Below, piece after piece: positions 8,597 to 16,744 of a DNA stretch of 64,000 nucleotides. How positions within the stretch are numbered: the first letter of the stretch is position 1; the number at the start of each line of letters is the position of its first letter. The stretch lies in IMG/VR virus record IMGVR_UViG_3300006155_000004. One strand, written 5' to 3'. The DNA comes from a virus. The notes beneath the pieces are model-generated. The model searched no databases. It saw only the letters and a list, made by a program, of their open reading frames with translations, and had not been told where the DNA came from. Position numbers and translations under genes: made by a program.

Positions 8597-9082
8597 ATGC
8601 TGAAATTAAATGTAAAAGGAACGGAATATAATCTGAAATTCGGGTATCGGTCATTTAGGCGCGCCGGGGTTCTGAAAGAAGCGGTTGCAATGCAAAGAAG
8701 GATGCAAGAACTCGGAAAGAAAAAGAAAAAGCCGGAAGAAGAAACTGCGGAAGAAATGGAAATGCTTGAAGAAATGGAAATGCTTGAAGAAATGTTTAAT
8801 TTAAATTCAAAACTTGTTCTTGCCGCGCTGCAAAAATACCACAAAGAATTTAGGGCTGACTACAAGAACCCGGAATCTGTAAGAGAGTGCGAAGAAAAGG
8901 TGGATGACCTTCTGGATGAATACATGGACGAAGAAGGAGCGATGGACGTAGGAACAATGTTTGCAGCTCTTTTGCAGGAACTGTTTTCACAAGGTTTTTT
9001 ACCGAGGAACGGGGAGAACCCGGAGGCGAAAGAGACGAACGAACCAGATGCTGCGACGGAGACGGAGAAAACCGAGAACTAA
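8597..9082 (+). CDS. tail assembly chaperone (G-like)
   Basis: 161 aa acidic protein; contains slippery T_TTT_TTA near 3' end; -1 frame open from 8920 to 9492. Confidence 0.75.
   Translation: MLKLNVKGTEYNLKFGYRSFRRAGVLKEAVAMQRRMQELGKKKKKPEEETAEEMEMLEEMEMLEEMFNLNSKLVLAALQKYHKEFRADYKNPESVRECEEKVDDLLDEYMDEEGAMDVGTMFAALLQELFSQGFLPRNGENPEAKETNEPDAATETEKTEN
8750..8794 (+). repeat. 18-bp tandem repeat x2.5 (EEMEML)
   Basis: gaagaaatggaaatgctt at 8750 and 8768, partial at 8786. Confidence 0.85.
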
Positions 9083-9492
9083 CGTGGGAACTTTACTGTG
9101 AGGAAATACGCCCATACTGGCTCATGGTCACAAAAGGGTACGGATTTACAGTTGACGACATAGACTGGTCATGCCCGACAGACCTTGAGCCGTATGCAAA
9201 GGCGCATAATCTTGAGCTGATGGAACGCGACGCGCAGATGCACAGCATGGGGAAATACACAGAAATAGCATTCAGCGTAGTCATGGCGCATTTTGGCGCA
9301 GGTCTTGCCGGAAAAGATTCTCACGCGGAATATATCGAAAAGCCGTTCATGCAGATGGATGACCCGAACAGGGAACTTACAGAAGAAGAAATTCAGATTG
9401 AAGTCGACCGGTTCTTTGAGGATGAGCGAAGACGGCGCGAAGAATGGAAAAGAAAGAAAAGACGCGCAGAAATGCGGAATGCGGAACGGTAG
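8920..9492 (+). CDS. -1 frame extension of tail chaperone (T part of G-T fusion)
   Basis: Frame open 8920-9492, overlaps 3' 160 nt of G gene; first ATG only at 9124 with no SD. Confidence 0.65.
   Translation: MHGRRRSDGRRNNVCSSFAGTVFTRFFTEERGEPGGERDERTRCCDGDGENRELTWELYCEEIRPYWLMVTKGYGFTVDDIDWSCPTDLEPYAKAHNLELMERDAQMHSMGKYTEIAFSVVMAHFGAGLAGKDSHAEYIEKPFMQMDDPNRELTEEEIQIEVDRFFEDERRRREEWKRKKRRAEMRNAER
8995..9001 (+). promoter_or_regulatory. programmed -1 ribosomal frameshift heptamer T_TTT_TTA
   Basis: Zero frame ggT TTT TTA (QGFL); the -1 frame continues without stop to 9492. Confidence 0.7.
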
Positions 9493-9651
9493 TGCGTCAA
9501 GATCTATTGTTCTTTCAAAATACAGAATCGACGATGTGTCTTTAATAGACGACACTCAATTTATAATAGAAAAAGCAAACTTTATGCATTCTATAAAATT
9601 TATTGTAAATAAATTTTGCGAAAAAGCAAATCATCATGGAGGAATGATTTT

Positions 9652-10345
9652 ATGAATGAAATGATTGAGGAAGCAAAAAAGACACCGATTGAGATTGCAT
9701 TACAGATTGATGACGAGGGATATACCACATCAAGAAAACTTTATTTCTGGCTATATGAAAACGGCAGCCACTATGCAAAATGGCTTAAAGAAAATGTAAC
9801 AGAAAATCCGTTTGCAGAGGAAAATGAGGTTTTCGCCAATCTTGCGAAAACCTCAAAAACAGGGAGGCAGACCGACAGAGGACTACAAAATAACTGATTC
9901 ACTTGCCAAAAGAATTTCTATGGCTACCAAGTCAGGACGCGGAGAAGAAGCAAGGAACTATTTCATAGGTTGCGAACAGGCACTTGCCAAAGTTTCAGAA
10001 CAAATTCATAAAACAGAGATAGAAAGAGCAAAGGGAATAGCGGTGCGCCAGGCGCTAACAAAAGCAATTCAGCAATCGGGAGAAAATGAACGTATGCACG
10101 GACGTGCCTATTCCAATTACACAGACCACATCGTATACAAACAGGTTTTCGGGATGAAAGCAAAGGAACTGCGGGAGAAATACGGGATAGGAAATAAAGA
10201 TAATTTGAGAGACTGCTTTACAGACGAGGAATTAAAGAGTGTTCAAAACGCAGAAATGCTCATTTCAAGCCTCATGGAATACGGATGGGGATTTAACGAA
10301 ATAAAAGATTTTGTGCTGAACAAGGTAAACAGAATGATTGAATAG
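9652..10345 (+). pseudogene. AntA-type antirepressor N-domain fused to Rha-paralogue C-domain, split by +1 frame change near 9847-9859
   Basis: Frame 1 ...FAEENEVFANLAKTSKT then frame 2 GGRPTEDYKITDSLAKRISMATKSGRGEEARNYFIGCEQ (AntA signature); removing one A from A4 9847-9850 or A5 9855-9859 fuses them. Confidence 0.7.
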
Positions 10346-10368
10346 CGCCGGAATCAGGCGTTATTTTT

Positions 10369-10383
10369 ATGCCCGTTTTTAAA
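10369..10383 (+). repeat. post-terminator motif ATGCCCGTTTTTAAA
   Basis: Follows weak hairpin 10344-10362 + T-run; 22 nt upstream of ATG 10406. Confidence 0.6.
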
Positions 10384-10405
10384 TTTAAAATCAGGAGGGG
10401 AAACA

Positions 10406-10585
10406 ATGCAAGAAGCTGAAAAGATGCTCAAAACGTTAAAAAGCATTGATTGTACTTTAAAACGAATTGAGCAGTTGATTAAAACGGGAAATAAATACGA
10501 AGACATAAACAGCGTAATTCCCGGTGCTCCGTACAATAAAAAATACAAGGTTGATTGTGGGAAGTATCCTCTATCAGGAACTTAA
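10406..10585 (+). CDS. hypothetical small protein (59 aa)
   Basis: ATG behind CAGGAGGGG; TAA 10583-10585. Confidence 0.45.
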   Translation: MQEAEKMLKTLKSIDCTLKRIEQLIKTGNKYEDINSVIPGAPYNKKYKVDCGKYPLSGT

Positions 10586-10776
10586 CCAGTTATGGTAATG
10601 TTCTGGCATTTCCATAATTCCAATTTCAACCCATGCGCGACGATAAAACTCATGCTCTTCTCCTGCTTCGCAAAAAGTTTTTCGTTAACGGCATTTAGCA
10701 CTTTTTGGTGAATAGAGTGGTGGATTTCGTCGCTGTGATTACTTACATAGGATTTGAAATCTTTAAAATCTTTCAT
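10582..10776 (-). CDS. hypothetical small protein (64 aa), minus strand
   Basis: ATG 10776 behind GGAAAGGAGGTG; extended -10 TGTTATAAT upstream on minus strand. Confidence 0.5.
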   Translation of the reverse strand: MKDFKDFKSYVSNHSDEIHHSIHQKVLNAVNEKLFAKQEKSMSFIVAHGLKLELWKCQNITITG

Positions 10777-10891
10777 GAAAAACACCTCCTTTCCGAGGAG
10801 ATTATAACACAAATTTACAAAATATGCGCTTGACAAGGCAGTGATTGGTTGGCAGAGATAGACTACCGCGCGACATGGGTTCCGGTTTTTC

Positions 10892-10919
10892 TTGATTTAC
10901 CAATCTGTTGTGGTACAAT
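10892..10919 (+). promoter_or_regulatory. sigma-A-type promoter (TTGATT-16-TGgTACAAT)
   Basis: -35 10892-10897, -10 10914-10919, extended TG; 30 nt upstream of lipoprotein ATG. Confidence 0.55.
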
Positions 10920-10948
10920 ATAAAAAAACTACAAGGGAGGATAAACCG

Positions 10949-11354
10949 ATGAAGAAAAAACTTATAACACTGATACTGGCAGCGTGTGTTCTGTAGAGCG
11001 GGTGCGGAGAAGAATCGAGCAACAGTCGGGAATCGGAAACCGTTGCGGAATCAGAAAAAGACGAAAAGACAGATTCAAAAGAACCCGAAGAAGAATCTAA
11101 CCAGGATAAAAGCGGGCAAGAATCCGAAAACAAAGAAAGCAAAAAGAACAAAAAGAAGTCCAAAAAGAAAAGCAAACCAAAGAAAAAGTCAAATGATGAA
11201 CCCGAAGAAAAGTCCGACGCACAAAAGAAAGGGGGAGGAATTAGGAGAAAAGTTAAACGAAAAATTGGAATCCATTGATTGGGACGAAAATTACGAAAAG
11301 GCAGAAGAAGCCGGAAAGAAAGCGGCGGAATGGCTAAACAAATTATTTGAGTAA
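10949..11354 (+). pseudogene. K/E-rich lipoprotein gene carrying an in-frame TAG and a frameshift
   Basis: MKKKLITLILAACVL-TAG(10994)-SGCGEE (lipobox); frame changes at G5 11231-11235, G4 would give ...AQKKGEELGEKLNEKLESIDWDENYEKAEEAGKKAAEWLNKLFE. Confidence 0.65.
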
Positions 11355-11379
11355 AAATATACATAGGAGGATAAAGCAT

Positions 11380-11993
11380 ATGATGATACAGTGTCCAGAG
11401 TGCGGAAAGGAAATAAGCGATAGAGCAGAGTTTTGTCCTAATTGCGGGTTCCCAATGAGAGAATGCACAACCGCAAGCCATGTAACTGTTAGAAGCATTT
11501 TTGAAATAAATGGTGTTGCGTTTGATGTTTTGAGAGTGAAAAACAAGGCTTTTATTAAAACGGTAGCAAATGTATCAAAAAAGGTTGCGAAACTTTGTAA
11601 GTGTGAGAAAGAGAAAGCGGAAGAGGTTGTATATGGGTACTTTTTAGCCACACACGGAGATTGCATTTACGATATTGCAGAATTAAGAAACAAAATAAAT
11701 CATATAAAATCTGCGAACGGGAAAAAATTATATTGTCCATATTGCCTTAGCAGAAATATTGATTCAATGGAGACGGTTCATGAATCAGTATCAATAGGAA
11801 AGTCGGAGATCAGAAAAAGAGCGCTGTCACGAGAGCCGGAAACAAAGCTGGTAGAGCCGGAATGATTATGGCAACAGGCGGATTATGGGCGTTAACACCA
11901 AAAAAATCAGATTACAAGGAAGTGAGTAAAGGGGAAACTTCATATTATACAACTGTTACAAGGACTTGCGCGGATTGCGGTTCTGCATTTTGA
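11380..11993 (+). pseudogene. zinc-ribbon protein split by frameshift at A5 11814-11818
   Basis: N-terminus CPECG...CPNCG; CPYC at about aa 130 pairs with C-terminal CADCG found only in ORF 11862-11993; A6 would fuse the frames. Confidence 0.6.
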
Positions 11994-12060
11994 TCATATT
12001 CTCATGTTGACAGGAGTTTATCTTGGATGTTTGTTGTGAGGTTTTTAACATCAATATTGA

Positions 12061-12089
12061 ATGACAAATAAAATATGCTGTGATATAAT
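12061..12089 (+). promoter_or_regulatory. sigma-A-type promoter (ATGACA-17-TGaTATAAT)
   Basis: -35 12061-12066, -10 12084-12089 with extended TG. Confidence 0.6.
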
Positions 12090-12118
12090 GAATGAAAATG
12101 CAAAGGAGGATTTTATCA

Positions 12119-12697
12119 ATGAAATCAAAAACAAAGAAATTTCTTTCCGCAATTTTAACCCTGGCCGTTTTGTTTTCCGCGCTTATTCCGATTCATGCAC
12201 GGGCGGCGAAAGAAGATGGAAGCAAAAAGAATCCGTATTCTGCATACAAGTCATGCAAAACGGAAGTGTATGGCGCTTCGTATGCGGGAAAGTTTAAGAT
12301 CAGGCTTGTTGATTATAAAGACGGAAAAGAAGCGCTGAAATTTCTAAAAGAAAACGGGGTCAAAAAGAACCCGGGGAAGTCAAAGGAATATGTATACCTG
12401 AAATTCAAAATCAAATGCATATCAGCCGATGAAGAAGTTCCGGCAGACTTGATTTTGAATGAATATTCGAGTTTCTTTGACTCAAAATGCAAGAAACAGT
12501 TAAAAGCAGAATTGATTCCGGTTGGCGATGGGAACAAAGAACTTTCATATAATACGATGATTTCGCCCGGCGAAACTGTTATTTGCTCAATTGCACTTTC
12601 GGTTAAATCTGGAAGCACGCCGATTACATACAGAATTTCAGCCGGATATGATGAAGATTATAATGAAATAGAGAAATGGTTTACAACAAAGAAGTAA
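12119..12697 (+). CDS. secreted protein with signal peptide (Ig-like/DUF4352-like, superinfection-exclusion candidate)
   Basis: MKSKTKKFLSAILTLAVLFSALIPIHARA-AKE signal peptide; beta-rich body; own promoter and terminator. Confidence 0.55.
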   Translation: MKSKTKKFLSAILTLAVLFSALIPIHARAAKEDGSKKNPYSAYKSCKTEVYGASYAGKFKIRLVDYKDGKEALKFLKENGVKKNPGKSKEYVYLKFKIKCISADEEVPADLILNEYSSFFDSKCKKQLKAELIPVGDGNKELSYNTMISPGETVICSIALSVKSGSTPITYRISAGYDEDYNEIEKWFTTKK

Positions 12698-12726
12698 TAA
12701 GCGATTGGATTCTTTGTAAATTAATT

Positions 12727-12760
12727 TGGCGGGGAGAAAACCCCGCCGTCTTTATAAATT
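12727..12760 (+). terminator. rho-independent terminator
   Basis: GGCGGGG-agaaaa-CCCCGCC then gtctttataaatttt. Confidence 0.75.
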
Positions 12761-12835
12761 TTATTTTGCAACATTAAATGAATATCTTTTTCTTTGTTGT
12801 ACAACAGAAACAAACTATAAAGGAGAAGCTCTAAA

Positions 12836-14014
12836 ATGAACAAAAAATTTTACGAAAGAACATGGTTTGTCGTGATGTGCTGCATAATCTTTCCGCCTGC
12901 CGGAATATTTCTGATATGGAAAAACAAAAAGCCAGACAGGAAAAACTCCAGAATCTTTATCAGCGCGATTCTTTGCTTGTGGACGTTGGCTATTGTTATG
13001 GGCGGTTCGGATGGAGAAAATTTGTCTAACGAAAGCAGAGAACAGCAAGAAGAAACCACAAAGACCGAAGCAGAAAACGAGAAAAGCGACAGACAGGAAG
13101 TAAAAGAAAAAGGCAAAAAGGCAAGGGAAAACAGGGGCAGAAAGGCAAAAAAAGAAAAGCCGAACAAAAAATTAAAGCGCGCAATAGAATCTATCGGAAT
13201 GGACTATTCGCGTGTAAAGAATATAAAGAATCTAAGCGACTGGTCGTCTGGCAAACGATATAGTTTCGTATATGACGGATTCAGATACATAGTATATGAA
13301 CTTGGGAACGGCGAGATAGAATCCGTAAATACAGACGTTAAAAGGGCAAAAATTTACGAGAGAGGATATAAGTCGCTAAACTATAAAGATTTTGAGCCAG
13401 ATGCAAACGTTGTAGAACCCTTGCAGACAGATGCTATTGAAAGGCTTTCTAAATACATCAAGGGAGAAACTTCCATAAAAAGCAAAATAGGCTCAATGAT
13501 GTATTCCAGAATATATGATTACTATTCGATTTCTGGGGAAGTTAAGGCGAAAAATGCTGTCAGTAAAAAGGATTTTACTTTTACGGTTGACTATATCGTA
13601 AAAAACGGAAGTTATGAGTGCGTGTATTTGGCGATTGACGGAGAGGTTGCTTTTGGTTCAGACCAGACACCAGAACTTCCTAAAGAGGAATTGGAGCAGG
13701 AGGACAGTTCGAAAAACGCAGAATCAATCATACTATCCGATGGGAAAGAGGGGAAATACGGTCAATACGATTCGTTTGACGGAGAACCATATTTGAGGTA
13801 TCATGTTCCGGTTGGAAATTATAAGGTCAAGTGCAATATTCGAGGCGGATTTTACATTGAAACCATTGAACTTCACAAAGAAGATGGATGGGACACAGCA
13901 ACCACTATACAGCAGATAAATATGTCAGAGGGAGAAGTAACGGAGATTGTAATAGAGGACGGTCAGTGCATTAGCCTTATTATAAACACAGAGATAGAAC
14001 TGATTAAACAATAA
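12836..14014 (+). CDS. membrane-anchored protein with large extracytoplasmic domain
   Basis: Two N-terminal TM segments (WFVVMCCIIFPPAGIFLIW, IFISAILCLWTLAIVMGG), K/E linker, 270-aa C-domain. Confidence 0.55.
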   Translation: MNKKFYERTWFVVMCCIIFPPAGIFLIWKNKKPDRKNSRIFISAILCLWTLAIVMGGSDGENLSNESREQQEETTKTEAENEKSDRQEVKEKGKKARENRGRKAKKEKPNKKLKRAIESIGMDYSRVKNIKNLSDWSSGKRYSFVYDGFRYIVYELGNGEIESVNTDVKRAKIYERGYKSLNYKDFEPDANVVEPLQTDAIERLSKYIKGETSIKSKIGSMMYSRIYDYYSISGEVKAKNAVSKKDFTFTVDYIVKNGSYECVYLAIDGEVAFGSDQTPELPKEELEQEDSSKNAESIILSDGKEGKYGQYDSFDGEPYLRYHVPVGNYKVKCNIRGGFYIETIELHKEDGWDTATTIQQINMSEGEVTEIVIEDGQCISLIINTEIELIKQ

Positions 14015-14023
14015 GATGCATTA

Positions 14024-14051
14024 AGGGATAGCGATTTTGCTGTCCCTTTTA
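14024..14051 (+). terminator. rho-independent terminator
   Basis: agggatagc-gatttt-gctgtccct followed by TTTT. Confidence 0.65.
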
Positions 14052-14069
14052 AAATTTTTAATTTTCCTC

Positions 14070-14098
14070 TTGACTTTTGTTTAAACAGATGTTATATT
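14070..14098 (+). promoter_or_regulatory. sigma-A-type promoter (TTGACT-17-TATATT)
   Basis: -35 14070-14075, -10 14093-14098. Confidence 0.6.
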
Positions 14099-14128
14099 TT
14101 GTTTATACAAAAGAAAGGAGATGATAAG

Positions 14129-14305
14129 TTGTCGCCTAGAACTGGCAGACCAACAAACAATCCCAAAGAAAATTATACAGGGATTAGGTTATCTGACGAT
14201 GAACTTAAAAAGTTGAAGTTTTGCATGGAAAAAACTGGAATGACAAAAACAGGCGTGATACGTGCGGGGATTGAACTTGTTTATGAACAGATAACAAAGA
14301 AATAA
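14129..14305 (+). CDS. ribbon-helix-helix (CopG/MobC-like) DNA-binding protein
   Basis: TTG behind AAAGGAG; SPRTGRPTNNPKENYTGIRLSDDELKKLKFCMEKTGMTKTGVIRAGIE pattern. Confidence 0.45.
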   Translation: MSPRTGRPTNNPKENYTGIRLSDDELKKLKFCMEKTGMTKTGVIRAGIELVYEQITKK

Positions 14306-14425
14306 AGCGGTAACGCTCCGACCAAAGAACATACCGCTTTAAACCAAAACTCCCATAAGAAGCTGACGCATACAGTATAACAGCCTCTTGTGGGAATGTC
14401 AAACATTTTCATAGGAGGTTTTTAT

Positions 14426-15037
14426 ATGGATGATTTAATGATTAAAAATGTGGATGTATTTGGCGATAGCATAATGGCTGTAAAAGACAAAGACGGGAAC
14501 ATATGGGCCGGTGTTAGCTACTTTTGTCGTGCGCTTGGAATGGATAAAAAGCAGAAAGACAATCAGGTAGAGAGAGTGCAGCAAGACGACGTATTAAAGA
14601 GGGGTGCCGGTAAATTTCCGGCAGGGGTATTCGACCCAGCAAATGAAGCAGTTGCGCTTCGCATTGACTTCGTTCCAATATGGCTTACAAAAATTAGAAT
14701 AACTCCAAAAATGAAAAATGAACGCCCGGAACTTGCGGAGAAACTACTGAATTACCAATTGAAAGCCAAAGACATCCTTGCCGACGCTTTCCTCCCAAAC
14801 AGGGAGCCGGAACAAACCCAGGTATGCAATCCATCCGAAATCCAGTTAGGAGAACTTGCAAGCTATCTTAAAATCATGGACAAGGTAGCGAACCGCCAGA
14901 ATCTCGCATCTTATAAGATTGCAGAGAACTTCAAGAGAGTGTCGGAGCAGTTCGGCGTACAGCTTTCAGATGATTTTGTGAACGTGCCGGAATATGTGCA
15001 GCAGACCCTTAAACTTGAGGGAGGTGCGGCAAAATGA
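14426..15037 (+). CDS. antirepressor with P22_AR N-terminal-like domain
   Basis: VDVFGDSIMAVKDKDGNIWAGVSYFCRALGMDKKQKDNQVERVQQDDVL...PIWLTKI resembles P22 Ant N-domain (memory). Confidence 0.55.
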   Translation: MDDLMIKNVDVFGDSIMAVKDKDGNIWAGVSYFCRALGMDKKQKDNQVERVQQDDVLKRGAGKFPAGVFDPANEAVALRIDFVPIWLTKIRITPKMKNERPELAEKLLNYQLKAKDILADAFLPNREPEQTQVCNPSEIQLGELASYLKIMDKVANRQNLASYKIAENFKRVSEQFGVQLSDDFVNVPEYVQQTLKLEGGAAK

Positions 15038-15213
15038 CCGAAAAACAGAAAAAGGAATACGCAGACGCTCTGAAAGACAGAACAAAGGAGTTTTTAGACC
15101 GCATAGGCACTGACGACGATGAGGGGCAGCGCATTATCAAGCTGATTTACTTCTTTGCCCGCAGCGGATTTAAGGAGTATGGGGCTGGAAGAAAGGCGGT
15201 GCAGCATGAGTAA
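15034..15213 (+). CDS. hypothetical small protein (59 aa)
   Basis: ATGA overlap with previous stop; TAA 15211-15213. Confidence 0.4.
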   Translation: MTEKQKKEYADALKDRTKEFLDRIGTDDDEGQRIIKLIYFFARSGFKEYGAGRKAVQHE

Positions 15214-15454
15214 AATCAAAGAAACCATAACCGCCGTGTCTGCCGGGAATGAACCGGGAGCGGTCAGGATCAAGAGAGAAGAACAAGAACGGATGCCAGA
15301 ATGGTATTTTGCTACGGCTATGAAATGCGCTGTTGTAATCGCCGCGATAGCTGCCGCAACTGCAATTATCATATTTGCAGACTTATGGAAAGTTCTTGCT
15401 TTGATTGTAGCTGGGATTTTTTATACTTTGATTTACTTTGCGTTGCAGAATTAG
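15206..15454 (+). CDS. small membrane protein
   Basis: Two TM segments (AVVIAAIAAATAIIIF, LALIVAGIFYTLIYF); the G of its TAG stop is the first G of a G9 tract. Confidence 0.5.
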   Translation: MSKIKETITAVSAGNEPGAVRIKREEQERMPEWYFATAMKCAVVIAAIAAATAIIIFADLWKVLALIVAGIFYTLIYFALQN

Positions 15455-15462
15455 GGGGGGGG
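15454..15462 (+). repeat. orphan G9 homopolymer
   Basis: ttaGGGGGGGGGtg; directly abuts stop codon; in-frame GTG at 15462 and ATG at 15498 downstream. Confidence 0.9.
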
Positions 15463-15497
15463 TGCACAGAGCGAAACAAATAGAGAGCGAACATACA

Positions 15498-15632
15498 ATG
15501 AAATGGAGAAAAGAGCAGATTAAGAATATGGTGTATGGGATGAACGCAAACTGTTGCGTCATAAACATGATATACGGATTTGCCAGAAAATGTTTTGAGA
15601 TATCCAGAGAAAAGGCAAAAGAAAAATTATAA
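15498..15632 (+). CDS. hypothetical small protein (44 aa; may start at GTG 15462)
   Basis: Same frame open from 15438 through the G tract; weak SD for ATG. Confidence 0.35.
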   Translation: MKWRKEQIKNMVYGMNANCCVINMIYGFARKCFEISREKAKEKL

Positions 15633-15648
15633 AGTGGTTATTGCAAAA

Positions 15649-15676
15649 GGCGTCTTCTTGGGAAGACGTCTTTTTT
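15649..15676 (+). terminator. rho-independent terminator
   Basis: GGCGTCTTC-ttgg-GAAGACGTC + TTTTTT. Confidence 0.85.
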
Positions 15677-15691
15677 ATGCCCATTTTTAAA
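15677..15691 (+). repeat. post-terminator motif ATGCCCATTTTTAAA
   Basis: Immediately after terminator T-run; 35 nt upstream of Rha paralogue C. Confidence 0.65.
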
Positions 15692-15726
15692 TTATCGAAA
15701 TAAAAATCATAGAGGAGGAAAATGAT

Positions 15727-16374
15727 ATGTTGGTAGAAATGAGGAAGCTCAACAAAAGAGAAATCAATGTTGTCACAAGCCTTGATGTGGCTGAAACATT
15801 TGAAAAGGAACATAAGAACGTATTGAGGGATATAAGAGAATTACCTTGTAGCGAAGAATTTCGACTGCTCAATTTTGTGCCGTCGGAATATCTAAATCAG
15901 CAGAACCACAAGCAGCCAATGTATTACATTACAAGAGACGGATTTACTCTTTTAGTCATGGGTTACACCGGCGAAAAGGCTATGAAATTTAAGGAGGCTT
16001 ACATAAGACAGTTCAATGCTATGGAGGCTACACTGCAAGGAAAGCTGATTGAGCGAGAAAAAGGAATCGTAGTCCGGCAAGCATTTACGAAAGCGTTAAA
16101 AGAAAGCGGAGAGAACGAAAGAACGCACGGACACGCTTATTCGCTTTACACGGACTTGATTTACAAGGCAGTTTTCGGGAAGAACGCCAAACAGCTAAGA
16201 GAGGAATATGGAATAGCAAAACAGGACAATCTAATAGATTGCTTTGCCCAGGAAGAACTCGCAAAGGTAAAATCTGTTGAAATGGTTGTCAGCGGTCTTG
16301 TAGATTGTGGTTGGGGATATGATGATGTGAAGGGTTTTATAACCAACAGCACAAGAAAGTTGATTGCAGCTTAA
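15727..16374 (+). CDS. Rha-family phage regulatory protein (paralogue C)
   Basis: VVTSLDVAETFEKEHKNVLRDIRE...ITRDGFTLLVMGYTGEKAMKFKEAYIRQFNAME; leader and first codons (MLVE) parallel 6515 gene. Confidence 0.8.
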   Translation: MLVEMRKLNKREINVVTSLDVAETFEKEHKNVLRDIRELPCSEEFRLLNFVPSEYLNQQNHKQPMYYITRDGFTLLVMGYTGEKAMKFKEAYIRQFNAMEATLQGKLIEREKGIVVRQAFTKALKESGENERTHGHAYSLYTDLIYKAVFGKNAKQLREEYGIAKQDNLIDCFAQEELAKVKSVEMVVSGLVDCGWGYDDVKGFITNSTRKLIAA

Positions 16375-16405
16375 TATATAATATTGAAAAAAGGATTCTT
16401 TTTTT

Positions 16406-16420
16406 GCGCCCATTTTTAAA
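16406..16420 (+). repeat. post-terminator motif GCGCCCATTTTTAAA
   Basis: After A/T hairpin aaaaaag-gatt-ctttttt; 17 nt upstream of ATG 16438. Confidence 0.6.
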
Positions 16421-16437
16421 AATCGGAGGTATTGACC

Positions 16438-16569
16438 ATGAAAAGTGAAAGAAAAAATAAAGAAGAACGACTTGAGGATGCATTGCTGGAATACATTGAA
16501 CGCCACGACAAAGATGCGCGGCCAGACACATTAGAAACAATCCCGGCTGCGGCAATGGCGTTTGTTTAG
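16438..16569 (+). CDS. hypothetical small protein (43 aa)
   Basis: ATG behind TCGGAGGT; TAG 16567-16569. Confidence 0.4.
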   Translation: MKSERKNKEERLEDALLEYIERHDKDARPDTLETIPAAAMAFV

Positions 16570-16579
16570 CTTTGGAAAA

Positions 16580-16744
16580 TTATTTAGTTTTCTGCTCGTT
16601 TAATTCAGATAATTTGTCATAGACATTTTGCATAAATTTTGCCACGTCTTTTCTGTTTTGGTCATTTGCTGCATGTGGCCAGCTTTGCGGTTTTGCGACG
16701 GTAATGTCCTTGACATATTCGAGCAATACAGAATTATCAATCAC
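16580..16744 (-). CDS. hypothetical small protein (54 aa), minus strand
   Basis: GTG start behind AAAGGAGGTGATACC on minus strand; ends TAA at 16580. Confidence 0.45.
   Translation of the reverse strand: MIDNSVLLEYVKDITVAKPQSWPHAANDQNRKDVAKFMQNVYDKLSELNEQKTK

Noticed and set aside
8113-8844. 243-aa minus-strand ORF across the tail tube and chaperone genes
   Set aside because: It overlaps two well-supported + strand genes with SDs, and its product is low-complexity.
10994-10996. TAG stop-codon reassignment (code 15-like phage)
   Set aside because: There is only one internal TAG in the window. TAG terminates several intact genes, and structural genes have no in-frame stops.
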